The position numbers and the translations under genes were made by a program. DNA of 64,000 nt from a virus. The stretch covers positions 1 to 64,000 of IMG/VR virus record IMGVR_UViG_3300034069_001196. One strand, written 5' to 3'. Shown here piece after piece: positions 41,901 to 50,547 of this stretch (positions are counted from its first letter, which is position 1; each line of letters starts with the position of its first letter). The notes below the pieces were generated by a model. The model was not told the origin of the DNA and did no database searches. It saw only the letters and a list, made by a program, of their open reading frames with translations.

Positions 41901-42232
41901 GCGACGCCGCAATCATCATCTTCGCTGGGGTCGGCGCAGGTTTGTTCGCCATAGCTCTAGCCGCCCCTGGATTCGCTCTCGTCGCGTCGCATCGGCGGGA
42001 CCGCCGGAGGCTTGCTGGTAACCGCATCATCAACGCCCTAGCCGGCGCAGCACCGCACGGCATGTCCAGCGCCGAACTGTGCAAGGTCACCGGGCTCGGC
42101 CCTGCGCGCGCCTTCCCTGCTTTGGCGGCGCTCGAACGACAGGGCTTGATCACGTCCGAATGGGAGAAGCCGAGCCCGGCCTTCGAGCCGCGTCGGCGGC
42201 TTTATTGGATCGCGGGAGGCGGGAATGGCTGA
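41897..42232 (+). CDS. membrane-anchored winged-helix (PadR/MarR-like) protein
   Basis: N-terminal TM segment AAIIIFAGVGAGLFAIALAAPGFALV, then MSSAELCKVTGLGPARAFPALAALERQGLITSEW. Confidence 0.5.
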   Translation: MSDAAIIIFAGVGAGLFAIALAAPGFALVASHRRDRRRLAGNRIINALAGAAPHGMSSAELCKVTGLGPARAFPALAALERQGLITSEWEKPSPAFEPRRRLYWIAGGGNG

Positions 42233-42593
42233 CCTGCTCGACCCGGCACAGGCTGCCGCCCGCCTCGGAATTTGCACGCGTACTCTTCGCGAACACGTCC
42301 GCCACGGGGAAATTCCATATATTGCGGTCGGACGCGGGTCGACACGCGAGCATCGCATGTTCCACCCTTCCGACCTCGATTCGTTTATTGAGGCTCGGAG
42401 GAAGACCGCGTGTCCACCCACAAGCCAAAGGGCCGACCGTACTACCTCTACGACTTCTGGATGTCGGGTGTACGATTTCACGGTTCCACGAAATGCGCCT
42501 CGAAACGCGATGCTGACAACTTCGAGCGGGAGCGCCGTAAAGAAGCGGCCGAGCATCTCAAGGCCAGCGCCGGGCCCAGCCAAGGGCCGATGA
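42225..42593 (+). CDS. xis: excisionase / HTH_17-type DNA-binding protein
   Basis: AAARLGICTRTLREHVRHGEIPYIAVGRGSTREHRMFHPSDLDSFIEARR. The ORF tail runs into int without a stop, so the functional end is uncertain. Confidence 0.6.
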   Translation: MADLLDPAQAAARLGICTRTLREHVRHGEIPYIAVGRGSTREHRMFHPSDLDSFIEARRKTACPPTSQRADRTTSTTSGCRVYDFTVPRNAPRNAMLTTSSGSAVKKRPSISRPAPGPAKGR

Positions 42594-43525
42594 CATTCGA
42601 GGTGGCGGCCACCCGCTATTTCGACGAGGTCGGGCAATTCGCTAAGACGCACGACGACATCTGGCGAACGATCGGCTGGCTCCAGCGAGAGCTCGGCCCA
42701 GGGCGGAGAATCGTCCGCATCGACAACGCCGTCGTCATCAACCTCAAGACCACGCGCCGCCAGGAGACCACCCGCACCGGCGGGAAAGTCACGGCCGCGA
42801 CTGTCAATCGGACGCTTGAGACGCTCCGCGCCATCCTCACCCGCGCTGGCCGCCTATGGGGCCAACCGGTCGCACAGATCGACTGGCGCCGCCACATGCT
42901 CAAGGAGCCAGACGAGCGCGTGCGCGAATTGCGCCCTGACGAGGAGTCCTCACTGTTTAAGGCGCTCCGGCCCGACTACCACGCCATCGTCCGCTTCGCC
43001 CTCATGACCGGCTGCCGACTGGCCGAATGCGTGAACTTGCGATGGAAGGATGTGGATTGGGGCGGGCGCCAAATCTGGATCCTCGGCAAGGGCGACAAGC
43101 TCGCACCGATCCCGCTGCCGCCGGCCGTGCGCGAGTGCCTATGGCCGCTTCAAGGCGAGCACGAGGAGTTCGTGTTCACCTATGTGGCCGAGCGAACCAG
43201 GGATGGCCGACTGAAGGGCGACCGCTACCCTATCACCTATGAGGGGCTGAAGACGGCGTTCCGGCGCGATGTGTCGCCGGCGATCTCAGGCTATCGGTTC
43301 CACGACAACCGACACACGGCCGCCACTCGCGTGCTCAGGGCCTGCGGAAACCTGAAGGTCGCGCAGAAGCTGTTGCGGCATTCCGACATCGCCACCACGG
43401 CCAAGTACGCGCACGTCATGCATGATGACGTTCTGGCGGCGATGGAGCAGGCTGCGCGGGGAGCGGTTGCACCGAGTCCCAACGAAAGTCCCGACATCGC
43501 GGCGTCGGGCACAGCATCTAAATGA
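42410..43525 (+). CDS. int: tyrosine integrase
   Basis: FALMTGCRLAECVNLRW (Arg), HDNRHTAATRVL (His-x-x-Arg), LLRHSDIATTAKYAHV (His...Tyr). GTG start. Confidence 0.9.
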   Translation: MSTHKPKGRPYYLYDFWMSGVRFHGSTKCASKRDADNFERERRKEAAEHLKASAGPSQGPMTFEVAATRYFDEVGQFAKTHDDIWRTIGWLQRELGPGRRIVRIDNAVVINLKTTRRQETTRTGGKVTAATVNRTLETLRAILTRAGRLWGQPVAQIDWRRHMLKEPDERVRELRPDEESSLFKALRPDYHAIVRFALMTGCRLAECVNLRWKDVDWGGRQIWILGKGDKLAPIPLPPAVRECLWPLQGEHEEFVFTYVAERTRDGRLKGDRYPITYEGLKTAFRRDVSPAISGYRFHDNRHTAATRVLRACGNLKVAQKLLRHSDIATTAKYAHVMHDDVLAAMEQAARGAVAPSPNESPDIAASGTASK

Positions 43526-43581
43526 AATTCTGCAGTGATTACATCGAGTTGAGTGGGATGCCGATGCTGTAGGCCGGTTGC

Positions 43582-43620
<39 letters not shown>

Positions 43621-43792
43621 ACGGGCATCCGCCGCCTGATTTCCCTACCGAATTCGAGTTCGAGGCACAAGGAGGCGGATGGGGTCGATGTGAACGCAAG
43701 GGAAACGGCGGGCGCATGTTGGGACGGGGAGTCCCGACAAAAGTCCCGACATCACGAGATCCACGAGGCGAGCAGCGGGGGGGGGTAGGATC

Positions 43793-44086
43793 ATGCAGGA
43801 GGATAGGTTGGTTGAGGAAGGTCTGAAGCGAGAGATCGCTAAGCTGACGAAGGAGCGAGACGCGCTGCGCGCCGACTTGCGGACGGAGCGCGGCGAACAG
43901 CTTGCCGATGAGGTGTGTGTGAGCCGATGGGGTACTTTCTCGACTGACCCGGCCACGTTCCACGTTCGCCTCAGTGTCAACGTGATCGAGGCCGCACGGC
44001 GCGGCGATTCGTATATCGACGAGATGCTGCTGAGGATGCGTGCAAGCATCCAGCGCGAGCTAAAAGTTCGGGGCGGCGGAAAGTGA
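43793..44086 (+). CDS. hypothetical coiled-coil protein
   Basis: 97-aa ORF. Confidence 0.45.
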   Translation: MQEDRLVEEGLKREIAKLTKERDALRADLRTERGEQLADEVCVSRWGTFSTDPATFHVRLSVNVIEAARRGDSYIDEMLLRMRASIQRELKVRGGGK

Positions 44087-44100
44087 GGAGGCGGGGCAGA

Positions 44101-44262
44101 TTGAGCGATAAGATCCGCGCGGTTGAGAAGGCCGTTTCGATTCTTCTCGACAGCCTTTCGCCAGCGAGCCGCGAGCTCGTGCGTCAACATCTCGTCGCTC
44201 AAGGCACGACCCTGCCGAAGCCAGGGAAGCCCGGTCGACGCCCGCGCGTCGCAGTCGAGTAG
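44101..44262 (+). CDS. possible small protein (TTG start)
   Basis: LSDKIRAVEKAVSILLDSLSPASRELVRQHLVAQG... GGAGG lies 9 nt upstream. GC3 is about 70% by hand count. Confidence 0.3.
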   Translation: MSDKIRAVEKAVSILLDSLSPASRELVRQHLVAQGTTLPKPGKPGRRPRVAVE

Positions 44263-44288
44263 GAAAGCAGGGGCAGGAGACAGCGCCG

Positions 44289-44477
44289 ATGGATCACCGC
44301 GATTTGCTCAAGAAATACATCCGTCTGGTGCGCGACAGTGAGGGCGCCACCTTTATCCCATGCACGGCGACGGACCGCACCGTGACCGGGGCTCTCACGG
44401 TCAGCCTATCGGCCGAAGAGGTTGCCGAACTGCAGGCGCTCGATGACGAAAGCACTGCCGATGATCATCGCGAATGA
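44289..44477 (+). CDS. hypothetical small protein
   Basis: 62-aa ORF. Confidence 0.4.
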   Translation: MDHRDLLKKYIRLVRDSEGATFIPCTATDRTVTGALTVSLSAEEVAELQALDDESTADDHRE

Positions 44478-44577
44478 TATTGGATGGGTCATACCCTGAA
44501 ACGACGGAAGCCCGCCGCGGCGTCATGCCGGGCGGGCTGGAATAGGATCGGAATAATCTGGTCCGGTTTGGACAGGA

Positions 44578-45126
44578 TCAGTCCGGCAGGTCGGGGTGCT
44601 CCGCGAACCATGGTTTCAGAGCGCCAGCGAGTTGCCGCATGTCGGGGCTGGTCGCCATGATGCTGATGCCGATCAGCACGCCGAACGCCGTCGCTATTCC
44701 GAGGCGAATCCAATTCGGACGCGGGATGTCATCCTCGACAGAGTGCTTTGCGGTCAGGTGCAGCGTCGCGCCGAGGATCTGCAGCCAGAGGAAAAAGCCG
44801 TTCACATTCGAGTCGATCATCCACTGCGGCTGTCCAGCCATGGACCAGATCAACACCCATCCTGCGGAGCCCGCGACGCCAGCCCACGACAAGACGATGC
44901 CGAGGATGAGTTGCCCGCTGTAGGTCGGCCAGGGCGTGCGCAGGGCCTTGAAAACACCGGGCAGAAAGGCGATCGACACCGCGATAGCCGCAACGAACCG
45001 ACCGACGCGGAGAAACTCGTTCTGCGGTTTAGTCGGCACGAACGGCACGATGAGCCAGAAGCTCCAGATCACCACCATTCCGACCCACAGCGTCCGACTG
45101 CGGACGATTTGCGAAACCACCTTCAT
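44578..45126 (-). CDS. integral membrane protein (about 5 TM segments)
   Basis: 182 aa with repeated hydrophobic stretches (WVGMVVIWSFWLIVPF, FVAAIAVSIAFLPGVF, LILGIVLSWAGVAG...). Confidence 0.6.
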   Translation of the reverse strand: MKVVSQIVRSRTLWVGMVVIWSFWLIVPFVPTKPQNEFLRVGRFVAAIAVSIAFLPGVFKALRTPWPTYSGQLILGIVLSWAGVAGSAGWVLIWSMAGQPQWMIDSNVNGFFLWLQILGATLHLTAKHSVEDDIPRPNWIRLGIATAFGVLIGISIMATSPDMRQLAGALKPWFAEHPDLPD

Positions 45127-45410
45127 CGCGATTTTCTCAGCAACTCTCTCGTCGCCTCGGCGACCTTGATGGCGGCCTCGCCAGCGCTCGGCTTCTCGAT
45201 AAGGCGATCTCCCGAGCGCCCCTCAATTCGATGAATCGTCGCTTCCATGAGTGATGCACGGCTATCTGCGGCCAGGGTGACCTGCACGAGAGCGCTGCGC
45301 CGCTTTTTGTTCGCGTGAACGCTGGCGGCGATGGCGCGCGTGAACTCTGCGTGGACGTCCTTCCGAAGGGCTGGAGGCAGCAAGTGCGCGAGGGTGGATC
45401 TCCACGTCAT
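45123..45410 (-). CDS. hypothetical protein
   Basis: Internal ATG at 45410 (ATGA overlap with the upstream gene). Confidence 0.4.
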   Translation of the reverse strand: MTWRSTLAHLLPPALRKDVHAEFTRAIAASVHANKKRRSALVQVTLAADSRASLMEATIHRIEGRSGDRLIEKPSAGEAAIKVAEATRELLRKSR

Positions 45411-45853
45411 GAGGGGCGCCCCTCCAACCGCCGCTTGATCTCTTCCTGATTTTTCAGGATCTGTTCGCTGCACGAGGCCGCGGCTTGAGCGGAGAGCTCT
45501 GTCTGATGCGACAGCTTCTCGACACCGTCGTCTGTGGCTTGGAGCGTCACTTGGAGGGCCGTGATCGTCAGGTTGCCCGCGACGGTGGCGGCGGTGTTCG
45601 CTTGCAGCGCTGTGATCACCTCGCGCATGATCGAGGTGCTGAGGCGGTCGAGTTTCCAGAACAGGAACCCGACCGCGAGGCAGAGGAGGATGCAGACCGC
45701 ACCGAGCACCTTGTACTGAAGCAGGGTGTCGACGGCATCGACCGCCGCTTTCGTCGCCTCAGCAGCCTGCGCCCATGCGGCGTCCGCCACCGCGCAGCAG
45801 GCAGCCGCCAGCGCAACGGTGAGCAGGCGGCGTGCAGGCGATCGCGATAGCAT
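45407..45853 (-). CDS. membrane-anchored coiled-coil protein (possible spanin or lysis accessory)
   Basis: Signal-like N-terminus plus a TM segment (VLGAVCILLCLAVGFLFW), then a helical C-terminus. Confidence 0.5.
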   Translation of the reverse strand: MLSRSPARRLLTVALAAACCAVADAAWAQAAEATKAAVDAVDTLLQYKVLGAVCILLCLAVGFLFWKLDRLSTSIMREVITALQANTAATVAGNLTITALQVTLQATDDGVEKLSHQTELSAQAAASCSEQILKNQEEIKRRLEGRPS

Positions 45854-45863
45854 CGGACCGGCG

Positions 45864-46367
45864 CTACTTGATCAGACCGCGCTCGGTGAGTTCCCTCATC
45901 GCCGGTTCCAGGACCGACTGCACGCTGGCATGCTCATCGAGCGGCAGGGCACGGAAGATCATCTTGGCGATGCCGGGGGCGCCGCCGGCCTTGTCGAGCA
46001 CCCGCTGCGGAGTCGTGTTGACGACATGCTGCACGCCTTCCGCGATGACGGCAGAACCCACGGGCACGGTCAGAACCTTGCCCTTAGTCGCCCCGGCCAC
46101 GGCGTTGATGCCATAGTCCGCGCCGGCCTGGATCGCAGACTGAATGCGGGTCCGGGACAGCACGAGCGAGGCCCACGGCGAGATCTTGGCGACGCCGGCG
46201 GTCACGGCAGCGGCGGCGATCGGGACGAGGATGGCTGAGGCCGGCTGCAGGATGGCGGTGATCCAGTCGCCCCACGGGAGATCGACCGAGGTCTTTGCCG
46301 CCTCATCCGCCATGGCGGATGAGGCGATGCAGGCGAGCGCCAGCGCCGCGAGAAGTGTGCGGTTCAT
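45864..46367 (-). CDS. secreted or membrane protein
   Basis: Signal peptide MNRTLLAALALACIASSAMADEA plus an internal hydrophobic segment. Confidence 0.55.
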   Translation of the reverse strand: MNRTLLAALALACIASSAMADEAAKTSVDLPWGDWITAILQPASAILVPIAAAAVTAGVAKISPWASLVLSRTRIQSAIQAGADYGINAVAGATKGKVLTVPVGSAVIAEGVQHVVNTTPQRVLDKAGGAPGIAKMIFRALPLDEHASVQSVLEPAMRELTERGLIK

Positions 46368-46468
46368 GTCGGGGTCTTTCGATGGGACGTTAATTTTCGC
46401 GGTCAGGATCGTGGTGCGAAATCAACGTGATGCGCGGCGGGCCCGGCCGGCGCGGGTCTATCTCGGGC

Positions 46469-46651
46469 TCAGGTGACGAGCGCGAGGAAGCCGAGAATGA
46501 GGGCGAAGGTGATCGCTCCGCCGCCCATGATGAGGGGGACGAGGCCGCCGATTCGCACGTCGGCGGATTGGCCCTCATCTTCCATGGCGCGGTTGCCGAT
46601 CCAGACAAGGACGGCGCCGCCGAGGAGCAGTGCTGCCGCCGCCCAGATCAT
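46469..46651 (-). CDS. holin-like two-TM small protein
   Basis: MIWAAAALLLGGAVLVWIGNRAMEDEGQSADVRIGGLVPLIMGGGAITFALILGFLALVT. ATGA-coupled to the amidase gene. Confidence 0.55.
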   Translation of the reverse strand: MIWAAAALLLGGAVLVWIGNRAMEDEGQSADVRIGGLVPLIMGGGAITFALILGFLALVT

Positions 46652-47427
46652 GCCGCCACCTTCGCAACGTCGATGGCCGACCACGTCGCTGGCCCAGCAA
46701 TGCCGTCCGCGACGAGGTGGTGGAGGCGCTGATAGGTCCGGAGTGCGGCCTCCGTGGTCGAGCCGAACTTCCGATCCACCGTCACGCCGATGGCGCGCTG
46801 CAGGACCGCCACATCCTCGCCTACCGCGCCTCTCCGGAGGGTCGGGCGCTTCTTGGCATCCTGCGCCGGGATGGGTGGCCGCGGCGCGGCGCCATTCATC
46901 AAAGCCGCCACGCGCGCCCTGAATTTGATCATGTCGAACGTCGGGTCGATCTTCCGCCCCTTCGGCAAGGCGTACTCCTTGTGACCGCAGCACATGATGG
47001 GCTCGGCACCGATATGCGTGAGCACGGCGGCGATGCCGCGGGCGTAGGCCTCGACCTGCACCTCCGGCCAGGGGTCGTTGGCGAGCCCGGTGTTCTCGGC
47101 CTCGATCCCGATCATCTGGCTGTTGCCGGCGGTGACGCCGCCCCAGATGCCTCGACCTGCGTGATAGGCGAGTCCGGCAGCGACGATGTACCAAGTGCCG
47201 TCGCGACCGAGCGCCAGATTGCAGAGGGGTCCGGCGAGATCGACTCGTCCGCGCACCACGGTGTCGAGCGACGGCATGTTGCCGATCAGCGGCCCCGCCG
47301 TGTGGTGGCAAATCGCGCCCTTGATGTCGCCCATTGAGGCGTGACCGCGCGTCTTCCAGCCATCGACCTCAGCGACCTTCAGCCCCGCAGCGCGGAGCAC
47401 ATCGGCGAGCCAGAGAGCGTTCGCCAT
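46648..47427 (-). CDS. N-acetylmuramoyl-L-alanine amidase with C-terminal peptidoglycan-binding domain (endolysin)
   Basis: ICHHTAGP...GIEAENTG...CCGHKEYALPKGRKIDP (Amidase_2-like). LRRGAVGEDVAVLQRAIGVTVDRKFGSTTEAALRTYQ...ADGIAGPATW (PG_binding_1-like). ATG at 47427. Confidence 0.85.
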   Translation of the reverse strand: MANALWLADVLRAAGLKVAEVDGWKTRGHASMGDIKGAICHHTAGPLIGNMPSLDTVVRGRVDLAGPLCNLALGRDGTWYIVAAGLAYHAGRGIWGGVTAGNSQMIGIEAENTGLANDPWPEVQVEAYARGIAAVLTHIGAEPIMCCGHKEYALPKGRKIDPTFDMIKFRARVAALMNGAAPRPPIPAQDAKKRPTLRRGAVGEDVAVLQRAIGVTVDRKFGSTTEAALRTYQRLHHLVADGIAGPATWSAIDVAKVAA

Positions 47428-47615
47428 CACGCTTCTCCCTGGACAGAGGTGCGGTCGCCCTTCCGGCGCGCCCTGGGCTTGATGTCGCCTTCGACGCCTC
47501 CCTGCGCCTCCGGCAAGTCCCGGTCGCGCGTGGCCTCGATGGCGGTGACCGGGGCGTGGCACAGGCAGCCGTCATGGTCCTCGTGCTCATCGCACGCAGG
47601 CTTGGTGGTCATCAT
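47427..47615 (-). CDS. possible small Cys/His-rich protein
   Basis: MMTTKPACDEHEDHDGCLCHAPV... Lies between the two lysis enzymes. Confidence 0.35.
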   Translation of the reverse strand: MMTTKPACDEHEDHDGCLCHAPVTAIEATRDRDLPEAQGGVEGDIKPRARRKGDRTSVQGEA

Positions 47616-47626
47616 GGTGGGTCGCC

Positions 47627-48163
47627 TCAGATGTCGCCGGGCTGCAGGTGATACTGCTCGCGAGGCGTGGTGCGCGGGTCGCCGCGGTAGAAGGGGATCA
47701 CGGATAGATCGCCGTAATCTCCACGGAGGAAGACGGACTGCTCCAGAAGGCGCCGCTTGAGCAGCCCGTCCTTCGGCTCGCCGGCGGAATTGTACTTGCA
47801 CTCCGGGAGGTAGTCGGCGGCGGCCTCGAACTTTCCGGCGTTCATCAGCCCGACCATGTGCTCGAACCCGCGTCGGCCATGGCCATCGAGCTTGTTGCCA
47901 TTCTGGTAGTACAGGTCGAACATGGCATCGAACTGCTGCTGGGAGACCGGCACCTTCAGCGAACGGGTGACGATCTGCTCGCGCGAGGTGACGTCGCGCT
48001 TCAGGCGCGCGAAGGCCTCGGCCACCGTGATGGTGTCGCCGGGTCGCAGGTTGGGGTCGTTGCTCCCCATGCCGATCGAGAGGTGCTTCCCATCCTGGTA
48101 GGCGGTGAGGACGATCGCCTCCCGGCAGGTCAGGAAGATCAGGCCGTTCCGTGACAGTTTCAT
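47627..48163 (-). CDS. phage lysozyme (GH24/T4-lysozyme-like)
   Basis: ATG at 48163. GLIFLTCREAIVLTAYQDGKHLSIGMGSN...QQQFDAMFDLYYQNG. Confidence 0.7.
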   Translation of the reverse strand: MKLSRNGLIFLTCREAIVLTAYQDGKHLSIGMGSNDPNLRPGDTITVAEAFARLKRDVTSREQIVTRSLKVPVSQQQFDAMFDLYYQNGNKLDGHGRRGFEHMVGLMNAGKFEAAADYLPECKYNSAGEPKDGLLKRRLLEQSVFLRGDYGDLSVIPFYRGDPRTTPREQYHLQPGDI

Positions 48164-48212
48164 ACCTGCCTCCGCTGGTGCGCGAGGCGACCGAAGCCGC
48201 CCCGCGCTTGGC

Positions 48213-48464
48213 TCAGTTGCCGGAGGGCTGGAACTGGATGAGGCTGCCGCTGATCTCCTCGATCTTGGCGAGGGCCGCCTCGCGGGCAGCCGCAGCCTTC
48301 TCGGTGTCCTCCCGAGCCTGCGCGGCCCGGCCGTCGGCGATGGCGGTGGCGAGCGCCTTGCGGGCGTCCGCGAGTTCCTGGCCCTTCTGAGTCGTCCAGG
48401 TAGCAACCTCCTGCTGAAGCTGGGTGAGGCGCTCCAGCACGGCGCTGTCGTTGTCGGCCATCAT
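48213..48464 (-). CDS. hypothetical coiled-coil protein
   Basis: ATGATG at 48464 after AGGAGAGA. MMADNDSAVLERLTQLQQEVATW... Confidence 0.55.
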   Translation of the reverse strand: MMADNDSAVLERLTQLQQEVATWTTQKGQELADARKALATAIADGRAAQAREDTEKAAAAREAALAKIEEISGSLIQFQPSGN

Positions 48465-48664
48465 TCTCTCCTGTCGGGTCTGGTTTTCGATCACGAGGTC
48501 GAGCTTCTGCTCGAGCCTGCGGCTTCTGCCCGGCCTGCATCGCGCTTGGGCGAAGGCCAGCCGGACGAAGGGGGCGATGCGCGTGCGGTGAACACGCGCG
48601 AGCGTCTGCATCGCGGCTGATGCTGCGTTCATGGATTTGCTCGCGATGTTGGAGTGGTGAAGCG

Positions 48665-48838
48665 TCAGCGCCGGCGGCGACGCGGCAGGACGCAGGCCTG
48701 CACTGTGCCGACGCCCTCGATAGTCAGATCAGTCGGGGCCTGATCGTGCCGACGGCGCGGCGCCGCCTCGACGCTGGTGATGCTGGCCAGCGCAAAGACG
48801 GCGGCCAGGAGGGCGAGTGTCACTGCAACGTGGCGCAT
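48665..48838 (-). CDS. possible small secreted protein
   Basis: MRHVAVTLALLAAVFALASITSVEAAP... Confidence 0.35.
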   Translation of the reverse strand: MRHVAVTLALLAAVFALASITSVEAAPRRRHDQAPTDLTIEGVGTVQACVLPRRRRR

Positions 48839-50547
48839 TTGATCGTGCCGCCATCGTTCGCGCAGAGCTTCATCGAGCCATCGCCGCTGTTTTTGTACAT
48901 GCTGAAATAGGACGGAAGAATATCGGCTGTGGTCGGTGCGGAGCCTTTCAGCTTCCATTGCCCGACTGTGCCGCCGAAGGTGTCGAGGACCGTGTTGCCA
49001 GATCCTGTATCAGACACGTTGGCTGTGTTTCCCGAATACAGGTTGCTGACGACTTGGTTGCCCGACGTGCCGGAGATGAGGGCGACGGCGACCGGGAAGT
49101 TGGTGAAGTTGTTGCCGGACACCAAACCGTTGGTCGCCCCGGTCACGAGATGCACGCCCACGATGCCGGTCAGGTTGGTGCCGAACCCCTGAAAGCGATT
49201 GTTCGACACGTTGAACCCAGGCGCCGCCAAGCGAACCCCGGCTTCGTTGGCGTTCAAGATGATGAAGAAGTTGCCCTGGATGTTGATGGAATACATCTGC
49301 GAGAAGATGCCGATGCCGGCCGTATTCACGTTGAACTGAGATCCGCCGTAGACCGACAGTCCATCGTTGGCATACTGGCCAGAGGCGGCATAGATCCCGT
49401 AATTGCCGACGTTGAAGTTCGACCCGTCGACCGTGAAGCCCTGCGCCACGTCGCCGATCTGGATGCCGTAATTGGATCCCGCGAAATAGCACTGGTTGAA
49501 CGAGTAGTGGACTGCGTAACAGGCGGTTCCGCCGCAGGCCGTTCCATTCTGCCCGGCGATGTAGGTGCCGATATGGGCCTGCGAGCTCGGCGTCCCGCCG
49601 AAGAACTGGCTCTGATTGAAGTCGATGCTGCTGACCAAGGTGGCGGCGACATCCACTCCCCAATGCGCCCCGGCGAGGAAGCCGTCGTGCCCCCTGAAGA
49701 TGACGCGGCTGAACGTCTTCTTCGGCTGCGATGCCGGATCGAGGTCACCGACCGGTCCGAAGAGGGCGATGCCGATGCTCGTCGTCGTGTCGGTGTCCGT
49801 CGTCCACGTCAGGTCGGAGACGTCGAGGGCGCCGTACTTGTTTGCGAAGGTGGCCTTGAGGCCGTTGCCGGTCTGCCCCGCGAACCAGACCTCGACGCAA
49901 CTGGTGTTCGCTCCGGTCAGGCTGAGCTTCTTGCCCGCCGCAACCGTGATCGTCTGCCCCGAGGCAATCTTGTAGACGCCGCAGGGGAAGTAGCCCTGGC
50001 CTCCGCCGCTGGCGAGAGCCGACAGCATCCCGCTGAATGCCGCGCTGTCGTCGGTCGTGCCGTCGCCCTTCGCCCCCCAATCCTTGATGCTGATCCGCTC
50101 GGCAAACTTGTCATTGAGCGATCGGACGACAGTGCCCGACACGTTGGATTTCGCGCTCATCGTGGAGATATCGCCGGTCGAGCCCGTGCCGGTCAGGTTG
50201 AGCGCCGGCATCGAGGGCGTGCCGGTGAAGACCGGCGAGGCGAGACCCGCCTTCGCGCTGATTGCGCTCGCCTGATCGGCCACGGTGCGAGCAAGCGTGC
50301 CTGCAGCGGCAGATCCAGACGGCGTGACGCTCATGCCGGAGACGTCGCCGGTCGAGCCCGTGCCCTTGATCTGCAGGGTGTCGGGCGTCGAGGTGAACTT
50401 GCCGCTCTGCCATAGCCCGAGAGTCGGACCGCCCGGCAGGATCACGCGCGACGAACTGTCGATGCGGCCAGGTCCGAGGATCTGGTCGGCATGCGCCGGG
50501 CCGAGGAGGAGCGTTGCGGCGATGGCCGCTGGAATGAGCTTACGCAT
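48820..50547 (-). CDS. right-handed beta-helix (pectate-lyase-like) tail fibre / depolymerase with signal-like N-terminus
   Basis: MRKLIPAAIAATLLLGPAHADQ. ISIKDWGAKGDGTTDDSAAF (Pectate_lyase_3-like). Many GxNxxI/V beta-helix turns. TAATG junction with the upstream gene. Confidence 0.75.
   Translation of the reverse strand: MRKLIPAAIAATLLLGPAHADQILGPGRIDSSSRVILPGGPTLGLWQSGKFTSTPDTLQIKGTGSTGDVSGMSVTPSGSAAAGTLARTVADQASAISAKAGLASPVFTGTPSMPALNLTGTGSTGDISTMSAKSNVSGTVVRSLNDKFAERISIKDWGAKGDGTTDDSAAFSGMLSALASGGGQGYFPCGVYKIASGQTITVAAGKKLSLTGANTSCVEVWFAGQTGNGLKATFANKYGALDVSDLTWTTDTDTTTSIGIALFGPVGDLDPASQPKKTFSRVIFRGHDGFLAGAHWGVDVAATLVSSIDFNQSQFFGGTPSSQAHIGTYIAGQNGTACGGTACYAVHYSFNQCYFAGSNYGIQIGDVAQGFTVDGSNFNVGNYGIYAASGQYANDGLSVYGGSQFNVNTAGIGIFSQMYSINIQGNFFIILNANEAGVRLAAPGFNVSNNRFQGFGTNLTGIVGVHLVTGATNGLVSGNNFTNFPVAVALISGTSGNQVVSNLYSGNTANVSDTGSGNTVLDTFGGTVGQWKLKGSAPTTADILPSYFSMYKNSGDGSMKLCANDGGTIKCATLQ

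Noticed and set aside
43540-43581. Phage-supplied 3' half that would complete the tRNA-Pro.
   Set aside because: The sequence after the anticodon loop (GCAACCGGCCTACAGCATCGGCATCCC...) cannot pair with the anticodon 5' stem and has no TTCGA-type T-loop or acceptor complement.
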